Assembly: GCA_965205675.1 (NCBI GenBank)
Contig: OZ242186.1
Coordinates: 96,001 to 160,000 of the forward strand
Reading direction: 5' to 3'
DNA length: 64,000 bases
DNA from: Nitrosopumilus sp.
GTDB taxonomy: Archaea > Thermoproteota > Nitrososphaeria > Nitrososphaerales > Nitrosopumilaceae
The position numbers and the translations under genes are program-made. Below are positions 50,087 through 61,283 of the stretch, one piece after another. Under the pieces are notes generated by a model. That model saw nothing but the letters and a program-made list of their open reading frames with translations. It searched no databases and was not told where the DNA came from. Each line of letters opens with the position of its first letter. The first letter of the stretch is position 1.

Positions 50087-50767
50087 TTATATCTTCTCTG
50101 GAATAATTTTATTCAGAAATCTAAGTGTTTCATCTTTTTCTTGTTTTGGAAATCTCAAAAAAGCCTCTAGAATTTCCTTCTGTATAACAAGCGATTCATC
50201 TAAAATTTTGTTTAGTTTTGAGGGATCAAAAGGCAGTAGTTTGTTGATCTTATTATCGCAAAATGCTTTCACATATTTTTGGAAAATTGAATGCGTAAAA
50301 ATAGGACTTGTAGTCATAAGACTAGTAAGAATTTCTTCAAATTCTTTCTCATTATCATCTGCTTGCAAAAAAAACTCTTTGAGTAGACTTTCACTCTTTT
50401 TTATTTCAGAAATTGCCAATGCTACTAAAATCCCCTCTTTTGTTAAATGATAATATGGAATTCCTTTTTCTTGTAGAGCTTTTGGACCTCTTTTCAAAGG
50501 CAGTCGTCCATTCTCTTCTGCAATATTCATAGGAAGTAAAATTTCATCTAGATCTCTAAAAATTCCAGAATAGATATTCTTCCAAACAATATCTGCTTTT
50601 TTTGCTATTCTTTGAGAAATACCTGTTCTTGTTCTTTCTGCAGGATTTGCATTACTTCCAAGAATGGCGATGATCGCTCTTTGTCTCTTTGCCTCACCAG
50701 TAAGATCATTTCTCTTTGTTTTAAAAGTATCAAAAATTGCTAATTTCGCATTAGATTTAATTTTCAT
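50087..50767 (-). CDS. Putative winged-helix protein divergent from amt
   Basis: TRTGISQRIAK...PYYHLTKEG. Confidence 0.65.
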   Translation of the reverse strand: MKIKSNAKLAIFDTFKTKRNDLTGEAKRQRAIIAILGSNANPAERTRTGISQRIAKKADIVWKNIYSGIFRDLDEILLPMNIAEENGRLPLKRGPKALQEKGIPYYHLTKEGILVALAISEIKKSESLLKEFFLQADDNEKEFEEILTSLMTTSPIFTHSIFQKYVKAFCDNKINKLLPFDPSKLNKILDESLVIQKEILEAFLRFPKQEKDETLRFLNKIIPEKI

Positions 50768-50894
50768 TCACTCACCTTTATCATAATATCCATCTTTTAT
50801 GTTACTATCAGAATATACTAAAATATAATAATTTACTTTTTTGTATGGTTTCGAGTCTTCAATGCTTAAATAATTTTCAATTTCGATAAATTTA

Positions 50895-52457
50895 ATGAAT
50901 TCTAGGAACTACAAGTATGCTCTATTACTTGTAGCCGCAGTATCTATCACAGCAACTGGTGCTATGTCTCAGGCATACGCACAAAGTGTTGAAGATGGTA
51001 TGGACGGATATGTTAAAGGAACCAGTGGAATTTACACTGGCAACCCTAACGAATGTTGGTATGATGATGGCGAAGGCGGCATGCTACCTTGTCTTATAGA
51101 CACAGGTGATACAGCATGGATGTTAACAGCAACATCATTAGTACTCTTCATGTCTCCAGGAGTCGGTTTCTTTTATGGCGGATTAGCCAGATCAAAGAAC
51201 ATCGTCAATGTACTCGGCATGACTCTCATTGTAATGGGTCTAATGTCAATACAATGGGTTCTATGGGGATACTCACTAGCATTTGGTGGAGTTGATTCTG
51301 ACGCAAACTTATTCATGGGTAACTTAGACTATGTTGGATTTAACATGGTATCAGCTTGGGCACCATTAGGTGAAGTTGGTTCTTGTCACGATACATGGTC
51401 TTCAGCTTATCAAATGAATGCAATGAAGGAAGGCGACATGTGTAGTCAAGGATGGCCAGGTACAGTACCTCACCAACTCTTTGCAATGTTCCAAGCAACC
51501 TTCGCAATCATTACACCAGTTCTAATTATTGGTGGTTTGATTGACAGAATCAAATTCAGCGCATTGATCGTATTCGTACTCTTATGGGGAACCTTCGTTT
51601 ATGATCCAGTAGCACACTGGGTCTGGGGAGGAGGCTACATAGGAGGAGGTTCACTTGACCTCGATCCAGACTTATCGCCATCTTATGCATTAGACTTTGC
51701 AGGTGGTACTGTAGTACACATTACTTCAGGATTTGCAGCATTGGCTGGAGCCTTAGTCCTTGGCAGACGTCTTGGATACGGCAAAGTGCCAATGGAACCA
51801 CACAATATCCCGATGGTAGTCCTCGGAGCAGGAATACTCTGGTTTGGATGGTTTGGTTTCAATGCTGGAAGTGAAGTTATGGTAGACGGCATTACCGTCA
51901 GCGCATGGACTGTTACAAATACCGCAACTGGTATGGCTGTAATCACTTGGGTGCTCATGTCTTGGGCACATACAGGAAAACCAAGTGTTGTAGGAGCTGC
52001 ATCAGGAGCAGTAGCAGGATTGGTAGCAATCACACCCGCCTCAGGTTGGGTAGGTCCAATGGCTGCGATTATAATCGGTATTGCAGCTGGTACAATTTGT
52101 TATGCAGCAATAGCATTCAAGAGTGCACGCAAATGGGACGACGCATTAGATGTATGGGGAGTACACGGAATGGGTGGTCTTACAGGTGCAATTTTGACTG
52201 GTACATTAGCTAGTCCACACGTTTGGGATACTGGAGACGGTATCGGAGCATGGACTGGCACTCCAGAAGGAATGGAACAGCAAGCAATCAGCATCCTTGG
52301 TGCTGCAATATCAATAGGCTATGCCTTTGGTGTTACAATTGTAATCCTCAAAGTAATGGATGCCGTATGGCCTGGCGGAATCAGAGTGACTCCTAAAGAA
52401 GAGGAGATTGGTCTCGATTTGGCACAGCATGGCGAAAGAGCATACGTTAACGAATAG
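50895..52457 (+). CDS. amtB: Ammonium transporter (Amt)
   Basis: DFAGGTVVH, WFGWFGFNAGS, DDALDVWGVHG, EEEIGLD...HGE.AY. Confidence 0.97.
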   Translation: MNSRNYKYALLLVAAVSITATGAMSQAYAQSVEDGMDGYVKGTSGIYTGNPNECWYDDGEGGMLPCLIDTGDTAWMLTATSLVLFMSPGVGFFYGGLARSKNIVNVLGMTLIVMGLMSIQWVLWGYSLAFGGVDSDANLFMGNLDYVGFNMVSAWAPLGEVGSCHDTWSSAYQMNAMKEGDMCSQGWPGTVPHQLFAMFQATFAIITPVLIIGGLIDRIKFSALIVFVLLWGTFVYDPVAHWVWGGGYIGGGSLDLDPDLSPSYALDFAGGTVVHITSGFAALAGALVLGRRLGYGKVPMEPHNIPMVVLGAGILWFGWFGFNAGSEVMVDGITVSAWTVTNTATGMAVITWVLMSWAHTGKPSVVGAASGAVAGLVAITPASGWVGPMAAIIIGIAAGTICYAAIAFKSARKWDDALDVWGVHGMGGLTGAILTGTLASPHVWDTGDGIGAWTGTPEGMEQQAISILGAAISIGYAFGVTIVILKVMDAVWPGGIRVTPKEEEIGLDLAQHGERAYVNE

Positions 52458-52525
52458 AAAAAATCCTTTTTTCTTCTTTTTATTTCAATCCAAATCAATT
52501 TAGATTTGATCATTTTATCTAAATT

Positions 52526-53302
52526 ATGTTAATTTCAACGACTGAACTTGATTTTATTCTAAACGAGCCCAATGTCATTATAGTTGATACTCGTTCTTTC
52601 AAAGAATATTCCGATGGACATATTCCAGGAGCTGTACATCTAGATTTATTTGCATTTCATTGGATTGATACAACAAAAGAAGGAATCAATAATTTCAATA
52701 ATCAAACACAAAATCTACTGTCGTTTCTTGGAGTGACCACAGAAAAAAAAGTTGTATTTTACGATTCAGTTTCTGGAATGCTAGCATCTAGAGGAGTTTG
52801 GATGTTGATGTATTTTTCACATGAAAATGTTTCAATACTTGACGGTGGAATTACAAAATGGAAAAAAGAAAATCTATCTATTGAAACAAAATTGAATGGC
52901 TTTAAACCATCAAAATTTACTGGTAAAATTAATCCAAAGATTATTTCTGGATTTGAATACATTAGAGATAATTTGAATAGTTTGAAAATTCTAGATGCTC
53001 GTTCTATTGGCGAATATGATGGAAGTACAACTCGCGCTGCCCAATCTGGTCATATCCCAAATTCTATCAATATTGATTGGAATCAAAATCTCAATAAGGA
53101 TGGCACTTTCAAAAATGATGAAGAATTATCTAAAATGTATAATATTCCAAAAGATTCTAAAATTGTTACATATTGTCAAGGGGCATATAGGGCCGCCAAT
53201 TCCTTTTTAGTTTTGAAAAAATTAGGATTTGAAAATGTTCGAGTATATCTTGGATCTTGGAGTGAATGGGGAAATAAATTGGATTTACCTGTAGAAAAGT
53301 AA
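52526..53302 (+). CDS. Tandem rhodanese sulfurtransferase
   Basis: GHIPGA, YCQGAYRAA, YLGSWSEW. Confidence 0.93.
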   Translation: MLISTTELDFILNEPNVIIVDTRSFKEYSDGHIPGAVHLDLFAFHWIDTTKEGINNFNNQTQNLLSFLGVTTEKKVVFYDSVSGMLASRGVWMLMYFSHENVSILDGGITKWKKENLSIETKLNGFKPSKFTGKINPKIISGFEYIRDNLNSLKILDARSIGEYDGSTTRAAQSGHIPNSINIDWNQNLNKDGTFKNDEELSKMYNIPKDSKIVTYCQGAYRAANSFLVLKKLGFENVRVYLGSWSEWGNKLDLPVEK

Positions 53303-53366
53303 ATCTTTTAGTTGTACCGGTCCATTTTTAATCTTATGATAAACTCAACTGCTTTGGAGCACTAAT

Positions 53367-54161
53367 ATGAAAAAATTGCTTTATGTCTTAATACCAATTC
53401 TTACATTTTCTATAATTTTTGTTAATACATTTTATGGTCATTTAATTTTTGCATCAGAAACTCAAGAGGTGATAAACAAGTATTCTGTTTACATCCATTT
53501 ACTTCCAGAGTGGAATAGTGGTTCTAAAAATATCATTTTTGATATCACAAACTCTTGGCATAAATTAGATGCAATTAGTAACATAAATTATGTGTTTAAT
53601 GCAAAATCAAAAGATTACAATACAAATCAACTTCAAGAAATTAATGGTAAATCCTATGTTGAATTAAAACATGAATTTAGTAATTGTCAAGAAGAATGGA
53701 CACCAATGCTGTATAGACAAGCAGTAGATACTGTAAGACATAAAATTGAATATGCTCAAGGACAACAACTCAGTACAGATCCTAATGTTTCTGTTTATCC
53801 TGATATTGATAACAAAAACTATGATAAGTCAGAACAACAATTAAAAATTAAAACTGGGTTTGCACAATTTTTCCCTATCTGTACTTCTAAAGACATTACA
53901 TCATATGATTATAGTGTGAAAACTGACAACAAAGATCTGGGCTTTGATGTATATTTTATTTCATCATCTACAAATATTGAAAAATCTCTCAGTTCTGAAT
54001 TTGATTTTTACACTGAATCTGGATGTTATGGACAAAACAAACAGAGCTATAGTGGTAAATGTGATAATATCAAAAAAGATAGTGGATTACTAGTAATTTT
54101 ACCTGATAATCTAAAACCTTGGACTACTAAATTCACAGTAAATCTTTACGAAAATAATTAG
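53367..54161 (+). CDS. Secreted hypothetical protein
   Basis: Signal peptide, four Cys. Confidence 0.7.
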   Translation: MKKLLYVLIPILTFSIIFVNTFYGHLIFASETQEVINKYSVYIHLLPEWNSGSKNIIFDITNSWHKLDAISNINYVFNAKSKDYNTNQLQEINGKSYVELKHEFSNCQEEWTPMLYRQAVDTVRHKIEYAQGQQLSTDPNVSVYPDIDNKNYDKSEQQLKIKTGFAQFFPICTSKDITSYDYSVKTDNKDLGFDVYFISSSTNIEKSLSSEFDFYTESGCYGQNKQSYSGKCDNIKKDSGLLVILPDNLKPWTTKFTVNLYENN

Positions 54162-56263
54162 TTTTTACTTTTTTTCCAGATGAATTGATTGTAAATCAGT
54201 TCTGGTCTAATCTGTCTAAATGGGCGTGAACCCCCATCATACCATTTTGTAAAGAATTCGTACAAGTGTAATCTCAGAGACTGAATATAAACAATTAATC
54301 CTTCAATCATCATAATTCCCAAATTTCCTCCAATAATCATAGCCATAGCTGCACCTGATTCAGCACCTCCAAGTGATTGAAATGCATTGTTAACTGTCAT
54401 TAATAGTGCAGCATGTACCAACAACATAATTCCTAATCGAGCATAACTAATTGTGTGTGCTAAACTTTCTACTGTCTTTCCAAGGAATACCTCCATGACA
54501 ACATTTGCTGCCGAACCTCCTTCTTCAGGATGTCGTTTAGCATGCATAATTCCACCAACCATCATCATAATCATTGATGCAATGATAATCACAACCGCAA
54601 TTCTGGTAATAATCCAAACTTCTGCCCATTCCCCTAAGAAAATTGTAACCCAAGGAACTGCTTCTGTATGAACTTTGGAATACATATTCATCACATCATA
54701 ATTAGCACCAATTGCACACATCATGATAACTACAATTCCACCATAAAGTGTAATGTTAGGAATTGCCTCCATAAACATGACAAATTTGTGTCCTTCTGCT
54801 GCTAATCTCTTGACGCGAAGGACCATTGCCCAAACCAAATGAACAATTCCAATGAATAATGAAACTTTGAGTATGTTGATGACTTGTTCAAATGTTAATT
54901 CTGCAACACTCAGAATCCCCACAATCCAACTAATTGAGTATAGAGCTCCCCCTTCTTCCAATAAACCTTCTAGTGGTCCCATATGATCTAGATGGAATCC
55001 AAATGCTTCACCTGCACCTACACCTGCTATTGCTGCTGATGCGCCAGAAATAGCAATCAACATTCCCCATCTTGAAAGAGAGCCTTGACCTTTGAATTTG
55101 AATAACAACCCCATTCCCATTAACAATAATCCGTGACCCATATCTGCAAACATTAATCCGTAGAAAATTGGCCACATCAGAGCAATCATTGGGGTTGGAT
55201 CTGCCTCTCCATGTTTTGGAATACCTTGACTTTCTGTAATTACTTCAAAAGTTCTCACAAATTTTTTATTATCAAATAATGTTGGAACTTGTTCTTTTAA
55301 TTTTGGATCAGTAACCTCTTCAACTACTGACATCCATTGTTTAACCGAGTCTTTGAATTTCCCCTCCATCTTACTAGGTATGAATCCTTGAATAACTGCA
55401 AAGTGTTTCGTTCCACCTGGTTTTCTGATTGTTTCAAGAACGTCTTTTGCAACTTGGGCTTCCTCATGAATCGCTAAAATATCACGTCTAATTTTTTTTG
55501 TAAGTTTTACAATAGTCTTCGAATTTTCTTTTTGTTTTTCAGTTAATTCTTTGATTTTTCTTTCAACTGATGCATATGCTTCTGATGGTACTTGGGAAAT
55601 TCCTTCTGGAATTACAAATGGATTTGCATTAAATCCTCTTAGTATTTTGGATACTTTATCCGAATCAAAAATACTTGAAATCACAAGAATTGCTGCTTTA
55701 TCTTTGCTTATTAGATCATATTTATAAAATGTAATTCCTTCTAATGCTCTACTAATTTCTTCATAGTCAGTAGAATTTATGACAAAAAGATTTGTGTAGA
55801 AATATTTCATTAATCCAAATCCTGAAAGATCAATGTTTAGTTTCTTGCCTATCTCAAGTGTCTCTTTAAGAGACGTATATTCATCTAAAGAACGCTTTGT
55901 AGTTGCTTGATCTTCTAAAATCTTGGTTGGTTCATCAATTATTGACGGTGCTCTTTTTTTGAGATCACTGACCATATCTTCAATTTCATCAATTTCATAG
56001 TCTTTCTTTTTGATTGTAGTTCCTTTGAACATAATCTCCAAGATTCCAACCATTGGCGGCACGCCTAATCCTTTGATGAGATCATCAATGGATTGGTATG
56101 TTTGTTGGGCATCTAATAACAAATCATCAATCTCTGGTGTTACTAAATCATTTTCAGTATCAATCTTGTGAAACCATTCAAATTCAGTTAATCTTGAAAC
56201 TGCTCTTGGAGACTCACTTCTTGGTAAAATTATACTCCCTAGCTTTAGATCGGCCACAACCAA
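54158..56263 (-). CDS. atpI: A-type ATP synthase subunit I (a)
   Basis: FYGLMFADMG.G, SYARL, LRLHLYEFFTKWY. Confidence 0.96.
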   Translation of the reverse strand: MVVADLKLGSIILPRSESPRAVSRLTEFEWFHKIDTENDLVTPEIDDLLLDAQQTYQSIDDLIKGLGVPPMVGILEIMFKGTTIKKKDYEIDEIEDMVSDLKKRAPSIIDEPTKILEDQATTKRSLDEYTSLKETLEIGKKLNIDLSGFGLMKYFYTNLFVINSTDYEEISRALEGITFYKYDLISKDKAAILVISSIFDSDKVSKILRGFNANPFVIPEGISQVPSEAYASVERKIKELTEKQKENSKTIVKLTKKIRRDILAIHEEAQVAKDVLETIRKPGGTKHFAVIQGFIPSKMEGKFKDSVKQWMSVVEEVTDPKLKEQVPTLFDNKKFVRTFEVITESQGIPKHGEADPTPMIALMWPIFYGLMFADMGHGLLLMGMGLLFKFKGQGSLSRWGMLIAISGASAAIAGVGAGEAFGFHLDHMGPLEGLLEEGGALYSISWIVGILSVAELTFEQVINILKVSLFIGIVHLVWAMVLRVKRLAAEGHKFVMFMEAIPNITLYGGIVVIMMCAIGANYDVMNMYSKVHTEAVPWVTIFLGEWAEVWIITRIAVVIIIASMIMMMVGGIMHAKRHPEEGGSAANVVMEVFLGKTVESLAHTISYARLGIMLLVHAALLMTVNNAFQSLGGAESGAAMAMIIGGNLGIMMIEGLIVYIQSLRLHLYEFFTKWYDGGSRPFRQIRPELIYNQFIWKKSKN

Positions 56264-56358
56264 GATAATCCATCGGTAATTTCTTTGATTTTAATATCTT
56301 TCTGAATTGGTTTTTTGATTCCCAAACATTAAAATCTATTATGAATAAATGCCACCCA

Positions 56359-56955
56359 TTGGCAAATTCTACTCTTGAACAAACTATTGATAAAATCCTC
56401 AATCAAACCGAAAAAGAGATAGAATCTAGCATTAATTCTGCATTATCTGATTCTCACCAAACTCTTGATGATGCTGTTCCTAAACTTGAAAGCGAATATG
56501 ATAAAATCCTCGCAGATGGTAAGAAAGAAGCAGATAAAATTGAAAAACAGATTACCGGTGGAGCTGATATTGAAGCAAGAAACAAACAACTTTTGGTTTT
56601 AGAAGGATCTGTTGACAAAGTTTTCACAAATGCGCTAGAACAAATTGCTAATACTGATCGCTCTGGTGACTATGCCAATCTCATTAAATCATTATTAGAT
56701 GAATCCACCAATATTTTAGGTACATCTGAAGTTATAGTATATACAAATCCTAAAGATAAAGATGTAGTACAATCTGTACTATCTGAATATCCTGGTTCGG
56801 AATTATCTTCTGAAACAATAGAGTGTATTGGTGGTGTAAAAATCAAATCAAAGGATGGAGCAATGACTTTTGATAATACCTTGAATGCAAAAATTGAACG
56901 TCTGAAACCTATAATTAGGAAAGATATTGCAGCAAAATTCGGAGTGAATAATTAA
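56359..56955 (+). CDS. atpE: A-type ATP synthase subunit E
   Basis: Coiled coil plus IGGV...DG....DNT. Confidence 0.92.
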   Translation: MANSTLEQTIDKILNQTEKEIESSINSALSDSHQTLDDAVPKLESEYDKILADGKKEADKIEKQITGGADIEARNKQLLVLEGSVDKVFTNALEQIANTDRSGDYANLIKSLLDESTNILGTSEVIVYTNPKDKDVVQSVLSEYPGSELSSETIECIGGVKIKSKDGAMTFDNTLNAKIERLKPIIRKDIAAKFGVNN

Positions 56956-56958
56956 GAT

Positions 56959-58737
56959 ATGGCAGCTCAAGGTAGGATTGTTTGGGTAAGTGGCCCTGCA
57001 GTAAAAGCAGATGGGATGTCTGACGCAAAAATGTATGAAACTGTAACAGTAGGAAATTCAAAATTAGTAGGCGAAGTTATCCGATTAACTGGTGATGTGG
57101 CATTTATTCAGGTATACGAATCAACGAGTGGTCTAAAACCTGGTGAACCTGTAGTTGGTACTGGCAATCCGCTTAGTGTATTATTGGGTCCTGGAATTAT
57201 CGGACAACTCTATGATGGAATTCAAAGACCGCTAAGAGAATTATCTAAAGCATCTGGTTCTTTCATTGGAAGGGGAATCACAACATCTGCTGTAGATATG
57301 ATAAAAAAATATCATTTTGTTCCAATCGTAAGTAACGGAGATGAAATTACTGCAGGAAATGTTATCGGAACTGTTCAAGAAACTGATCTTATCGAACACT
57401 CTATCATGCTTCCACCAGATCATATGGGTGGAAAAATTTCAAACCTTGTATCTGAAGGCGATTATGATTTAGAAACTGTACTAGCTACAACTGAGAAAGA
57501 TGGGCAATCTGTTCCAATCAAAATGTATCATAAATGGCCTGTACGAAAACCACGTCCATATCACAAGAGATACGATCCAACTGTGCCTCTACTTACTGGA
57601 CAACGTGTTATTGATACATTTTTTCCAATTGCAAAAGGTGGAACTGGTTCAATTCCTGGAGCATTTGGAACAGGAAAGACTGTAACATTACACCAAATTG
57701 CAAAATGGGCTGATTCTCAAGTTGTCGTTTACATTGGTTGTGGTGAAAGAGGGAACGAAATGACTGAGGTATTAGTTGAATTCCCACATCTTAAAGATCC
57801 ACGTAGTGGAAAACCATTAATGGATAGAACTGTCCTCGTAGCAAATACTAGTAACATGCCAGTAGCAGCAAGAGAAGCAAGTATCTACACTGGTGTCACA
57901 ATTGCAGAATATTACAGAGATATGGGTAAAGATGTTGTACTTGTTGCAGATTCCACAAGTAGATGGGCTGAATCACTTAGAGAAATGAGTGGTAGATTAG
58001 AAGAAATGCCTGCAGAAGAAGGTTATCCATCATACTTAGCATCTAGATTAGCAGAATTTTATGAAAGAGCAGGTCGTGTTCAAGCAGCTGGTAGTCCAGA
58101 ACGTGATGGTTCAGTCACTTTGATTGGAGCTGTATCTCCATCTGGTGGTGACTTTACAGAACCAGTTACGACTCACACAATGAGATTTATCAAAACTTTC
58201 TGGGCTCTAGATGCAAAACTTGCATACTCTAGACATTATCCATCAATTAATTGGATGAACAGCTATTCTGGCTATCTTACAGATATTGCAAAATGGTGGA
58301 GTGAAAATATTAGTGAAGATTGGTTTAACATTAGAAGTGAAACTTATGGTGTCTTACAAAGAGAAGATACACTAAAAGAAATTGTTAGGCTCTTAGGCCC
58401 TGAAGCGTTACCTGATGAAGAAAAATTAATTCTTGAAGTTGCAAGAATGGTAAAGATTGCTTTGTTACAACAAAACTCATTTGATGATGTTGATACTTAT
58501 TGTAGTCCAGAAAAACAATTCAAATTAATGAAATTATGTGTTGATTTTTACAAAAAGGGACAACAAGCACTCAAAGAAGGTGCATCATTGTCTGACATTC
58601 GTGAGTTAGGTATAGTAAGCAGTCTACTTAAAGCAAGAATGGATGTAAAAGATGATGAGATGCCAAAACTAGATCAATTAGATAAAGATATGCAAGAACA
58701 ATTCAAATCAATTTCAGGAGTAAAAGTATCAAATTGA
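56959..58737 (+). CDS. atpA: A-type ATP synthase subunit A
   Basis: [26 protein letters not shown]; no intein. Confidence 0.98.
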   Translation: MAAQGRIVWVSGPAVKADGMSDAKMYETVTVGNSKLVGEVIRLTGDVAFIQVYESTSGLKPGEPVVGTGNPLSVLLGPGIIGQLYDGIQRPLRELSKASGSFIGRGITTSAVDMIKKYHFVPIVSNGDEITAGNVIGTVQETDLIEHSIMLPPDHMGGKISNLVSEGDYDLETVLATTEKDGQSVPIKMYHKWPVRKPRPYHKRYDPTVPLLTGQRVIDTFFPIAKGGTGSIPGAFGTGKTVTLHQIAKWADSQVVVYIGCGERGNEMTEVLVEFPHLKDPRSGKPLMDRTVLVANTSNMPVAAREASIYTGVTIAEYYRDMGKDVVLVADSTSRWAESLREMSGRLEEMPAEEGYPSYLASRLAEFYERAGRVQAAGSPERDGSVTLIGAVSPSGGDFTEPVTTHTMRFIKTFWALDAKLAYSRHYPSINWMNSYSGYLTDIAKWWSENISEDWFNIRSETYGVLQREDTLKEIVRLLGPEALPDEEKLILEVARMVKIALLQQNSFDDVDTYCSPEKQFKLMKLCVDFYKKGQQALKEGASLSDIRELGIVSSLLKARMDVKDDEMPKLDQLDKDMQEQFKSISGVKVSN

Positions 58738-60119
58738 CAGCAAAAGGTGGAGTTCAATACAGTAAGATTGCAGAAATTAAAGGTCCTCTAGTTGTTGTAG
58801 ATGATGTAGAAAATGCAGCATTTGATGAACTTGTTGAAATTGAAACTACTGAAGGTGAAAGAAGATTAGGTAAAGTTCTCGAAGTAGGAAACGGCAAAGC
58901 AATCGTTCAAGTCTTTGAGGGAACAACTGGACTATCAATCTCAGGAACTAATGCAAAATTTGTAGGCAAAGTTATGGAAATGCCCGTATCAAAAGAAGTA
59001 CTTGGTAGAGTATTTGATGGACTAGGAAGACCAAAAGATGGACTCCCAGATCCAATCGCTGATAAATTTGTAGATATTAACGGAGAACCAATGAATCCAG
59101 AACAACGTGAGTATCCAAAAGATTTCATCCAAACTGGTGTATCTGTAATTGATGGATTGATGACTCTAGTTAGAGGGCAAAAACTTCCAATCTTTTCAGG
59201 CTCTGGCATGTCTCACAATCTTTTGGCAGCACAAATCGCAAGACAAGCAAGTGTTGTTGGAACACAAGATGATTTTGCTGTAGTCTTTGCAGCAATTGGT
59301 GTGCAATACAGTGAAGCAGAATATTTCAGACGAAGTCTTGAAGAATCTGGTGCACTCAAAAGAAGTGTTCTATTTCTAAATACGGCAGACGATCCTGCAA
59401 TTGAGAGAATCATTACTCCCCGTGTAGCATTAACTGTAGCAGAATATTTGGCATTTGAATTAGGAATGCATGTTCTTGTAGTAATTACTGACATGACAAA
59501 CTATGCAGAAGCACTAAGAGAAATTAGTGCAGCAAGAGAAGAAGTTCCTGGAAGAAAAGGATATCCCGGTTATCTCTACACTGACCTTTCAACACTTTAT
59601 GAAAGAGCAGGAAAACTTAATGAAAGAAAAGGAAGTGTTACACAAGTTCCAATTTTATCAATGCCATCTGACGATATTACTCATCCAATTCCTGATCTAA
59701 CTGGTTACATTACTGAGGGACAAATAGTAGTTGGCAGAGATTTATTCAGACAAGGAGTTTATCCGCCAATCAATATTTTGATGAGTCTTAGTAGGTTGAT
59801 GAAAGACGGAATTGGTGAAGGAAGTACTAGAGATGATCACAGTGAAGTTTCTAACCAAGTTTATGATGCCTATTCTAGAGCACAAGAAGTTAGAGCACTT
59901 GCAGGTATTGTAGGTAAAGCAGGGCTAACTGAAATTGATCTCAAATACTTGGAACTCGGTGATATCTTTGAAAAAGAATTCCTTACACAAGCAACTGATG
60001 AGAATAGAACTATTGAAGAAACACTTGCTCTTATGTGGAAGATTGTATCAAAATTACCAAAGAATGAAATTACTAAAATCAAAGATAAACACGTAGAAAA
60101 ATATTACAAGGAAGAGTAA
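58734..60119 (+). CDS. atpB: A-type ATP synthase subunit B
   Basis: [26 protein letters not shown]. Confidence 0.98.
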   Translation: MTAKGGVQYSKIAEIKGPLVVVDDVENAAFDELVEIETTEGERRLGKVLEVGNGKAIVQVFEGTTGLSISGTNAKFVGKVMEMPVSKEVLGRVFDGLGRPKDGLPDPIADKFVDINGEPMNPEQREYPKDFIQTGVSVIDGLMTLVRGQKLPIFSGSGMSHNLLAAQIARQASVVGTQDDFAVVFAAIGVQYSEAEYFRRSLEESGALKRSVLFLNTADDPAIERIITPRVALTVAEYLAFELGMHVLVVITDMTNYAEALREISAAREEVPGRKGYPGYLYTDLSTLYERAGKLNERKGSVTQVPILSMPSDDITHPIPDLTGYITEGQIVVGRDLFRQGVYPPINILMSLSRLMKDGIGEGSTRDDHSEVSNQVYDAYSRAQEVRALAGIVGKAGLTEIDLKYLELGDIFEKEFLTQATDENRTIEETLALMWKIVSKLPKNEITKIKDKHVEKYYKEE

Positions 60120-60123
60120 CTAA

Positions 60124-60756
60124 ATGTCATTTGGACAAAACGTTGCAGCAACAAAAATCGAACTTTTCAAATACAAAAAATCTAATCAAATAGCCGTGAT
60201 GGTTCAGCAAATTTTAGATGATAAGCGTAAAGTTCTCTTAAAAAATATTGAAGAAATGATTCAAGAAGCATCTAAAGCGAGAGGTGGAATTTGGGATCCT
60301 TTACAAGATATTTACAAGTCCGTAAACGAAGCTTATCTTGCATTAGGAACCAACACTGTTGACTCTGTTGCAGAATCTACTCCTCCTGTAATGGAAGTAG
60401 ATGTTCATGTCAGAAGAGTTGTCGATGTAAAAATCCCAGCACTTACTGTTACTGAAAAAGACACAAAATTAATGCCTTATGGATTTGCAGATACAAACTC
60501 ATCAATTGATAGAGCTGCAAAACAAATCAAAGAATTAATGCCAAAAATTTGTAAAGCAGCAGAATATGAAAATTCAATCTTTAGTCTTGCAAAAGCATTA
60601 GAAAAGACCCAAAAACTGTTAAATGCACTTGAAAATGTCATTATTCCTCAATATAAAGAAAATATTCGATTCATTCTTTCTACTCTTGAAGAGCGAGAAA
60701 GAGAAGAATTCGCAAAGTTAAAAAAAGTGAAAGAAAAGATGGAAAGCAGTAAATAA
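60124..60756 (+). CDS. atpD: A-type ATP synthase subunit D
   Basis: ATKIEL, NALENVIIP, LEEREREEF. Confidence 0.95.
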   Translation: MSFGQNVAATKIELFKYKKSNQIAVMVQQILDDKRKVLLKNIEEMIQEASKARGGIWDPLQDIYKSVNEAYLALGTNTVDSVAESTPPVMEVDVHVRRVVDVKIPALTVTEKDTKLMPYGFADTNSSIDRAAKQIKELMPKICKAAEYENSIFSLAKALEKTQKLLNALENVIIPQYKENIRFILSTLEEREREEFAKLKKVKEKMESSK

Positions 60757-60881
60757 TGGCAAAAGAAGAAATTAAAAAATTACTTGAGAATTCTAAAAAA
60801 ATTATAGAACAAGATCATGAAGATTTTTCAAAATCTATCAAAAGCGATCTAATCTCTTTCAAAAAGAAAGCATTAGGCTAA
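60756..60881 (+). CDS. 41-aa charged helical microprotein in the atp operon (not in ORF track)
   Basis: TAATG coupling with atpD; MAKEEIKKLLENSKKIIEQDHEDFSKSIKSDLISFKKKALG*. Confidence 0.7.
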   Translation: MAKEEIKKLLENSKKIIEQDHEDFSKSIKSDLISFKKKALG

Positions 60882-60936
60882 TCTGATTTTTTATTATCAT
60901 GATTTAAATATGGATCTGAAAAAACGTGATCATAAA

Positions 60937-61245
60937 ATGAAACCTATCGTTTTACTACTTTTGGCAGCAATGATAATATCCATTTCTGGATCTACTGGAA
61001 TTGCATATGCTGCAGAAGGTGATGTAGCAGCTAGTTCTGATTCCTTGAAAATTCTTGGTGCAGGTTTAGCATTTGGTCTTGCTGCATTTGGTGCAGGTAT
61101 TGGTCTTGGTCAAGTAGGTGCAGCCGGTCTTGCAGTAATCAGTGAGAATCCAGCATTACAGTCAAAAGTATTCATTTTCGTAGGCATGGTCGAGTCAATC
61201 GCAATCTACGGTATAGTCATGATGTTTATCATCTTAGGACAATAG
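60937..61245 (+). CDS. atpK: A-type ATP synthase subunit K (c, proteolipid)
   Basis: GAGLAFGLAA.GAGIGLG, ENP, ESIAIYG; signal-like N-terminus. Confidence 0.95.
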   Translation: MKPIVLLLLAAMIISISGSTGIAYAAEGDVAASSDSLKILGAGLAFGLAAFGAGIGLGQVGAAGLAVISENPALQSKVFIFVGMVESIAIYGIVMMFIILGQ

Positions 61246-61283
61246 TCCAGACTACATATTTTTCAAATTTTTAGATTTTTTAT

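Noticed and set aside
50895-52457. Higher GC of amt as horizontal transfer
   Set aside because: No mobility marks; codon bias of a highly expressed gene is the simpler explanation.
60937-61245. Na+-specific c-ring suggested by ES..IY
   Set aside because: The helix-1 Gln/Glu ligand position reads Leu (GIGLG), so the Na+ signature is incomplete.
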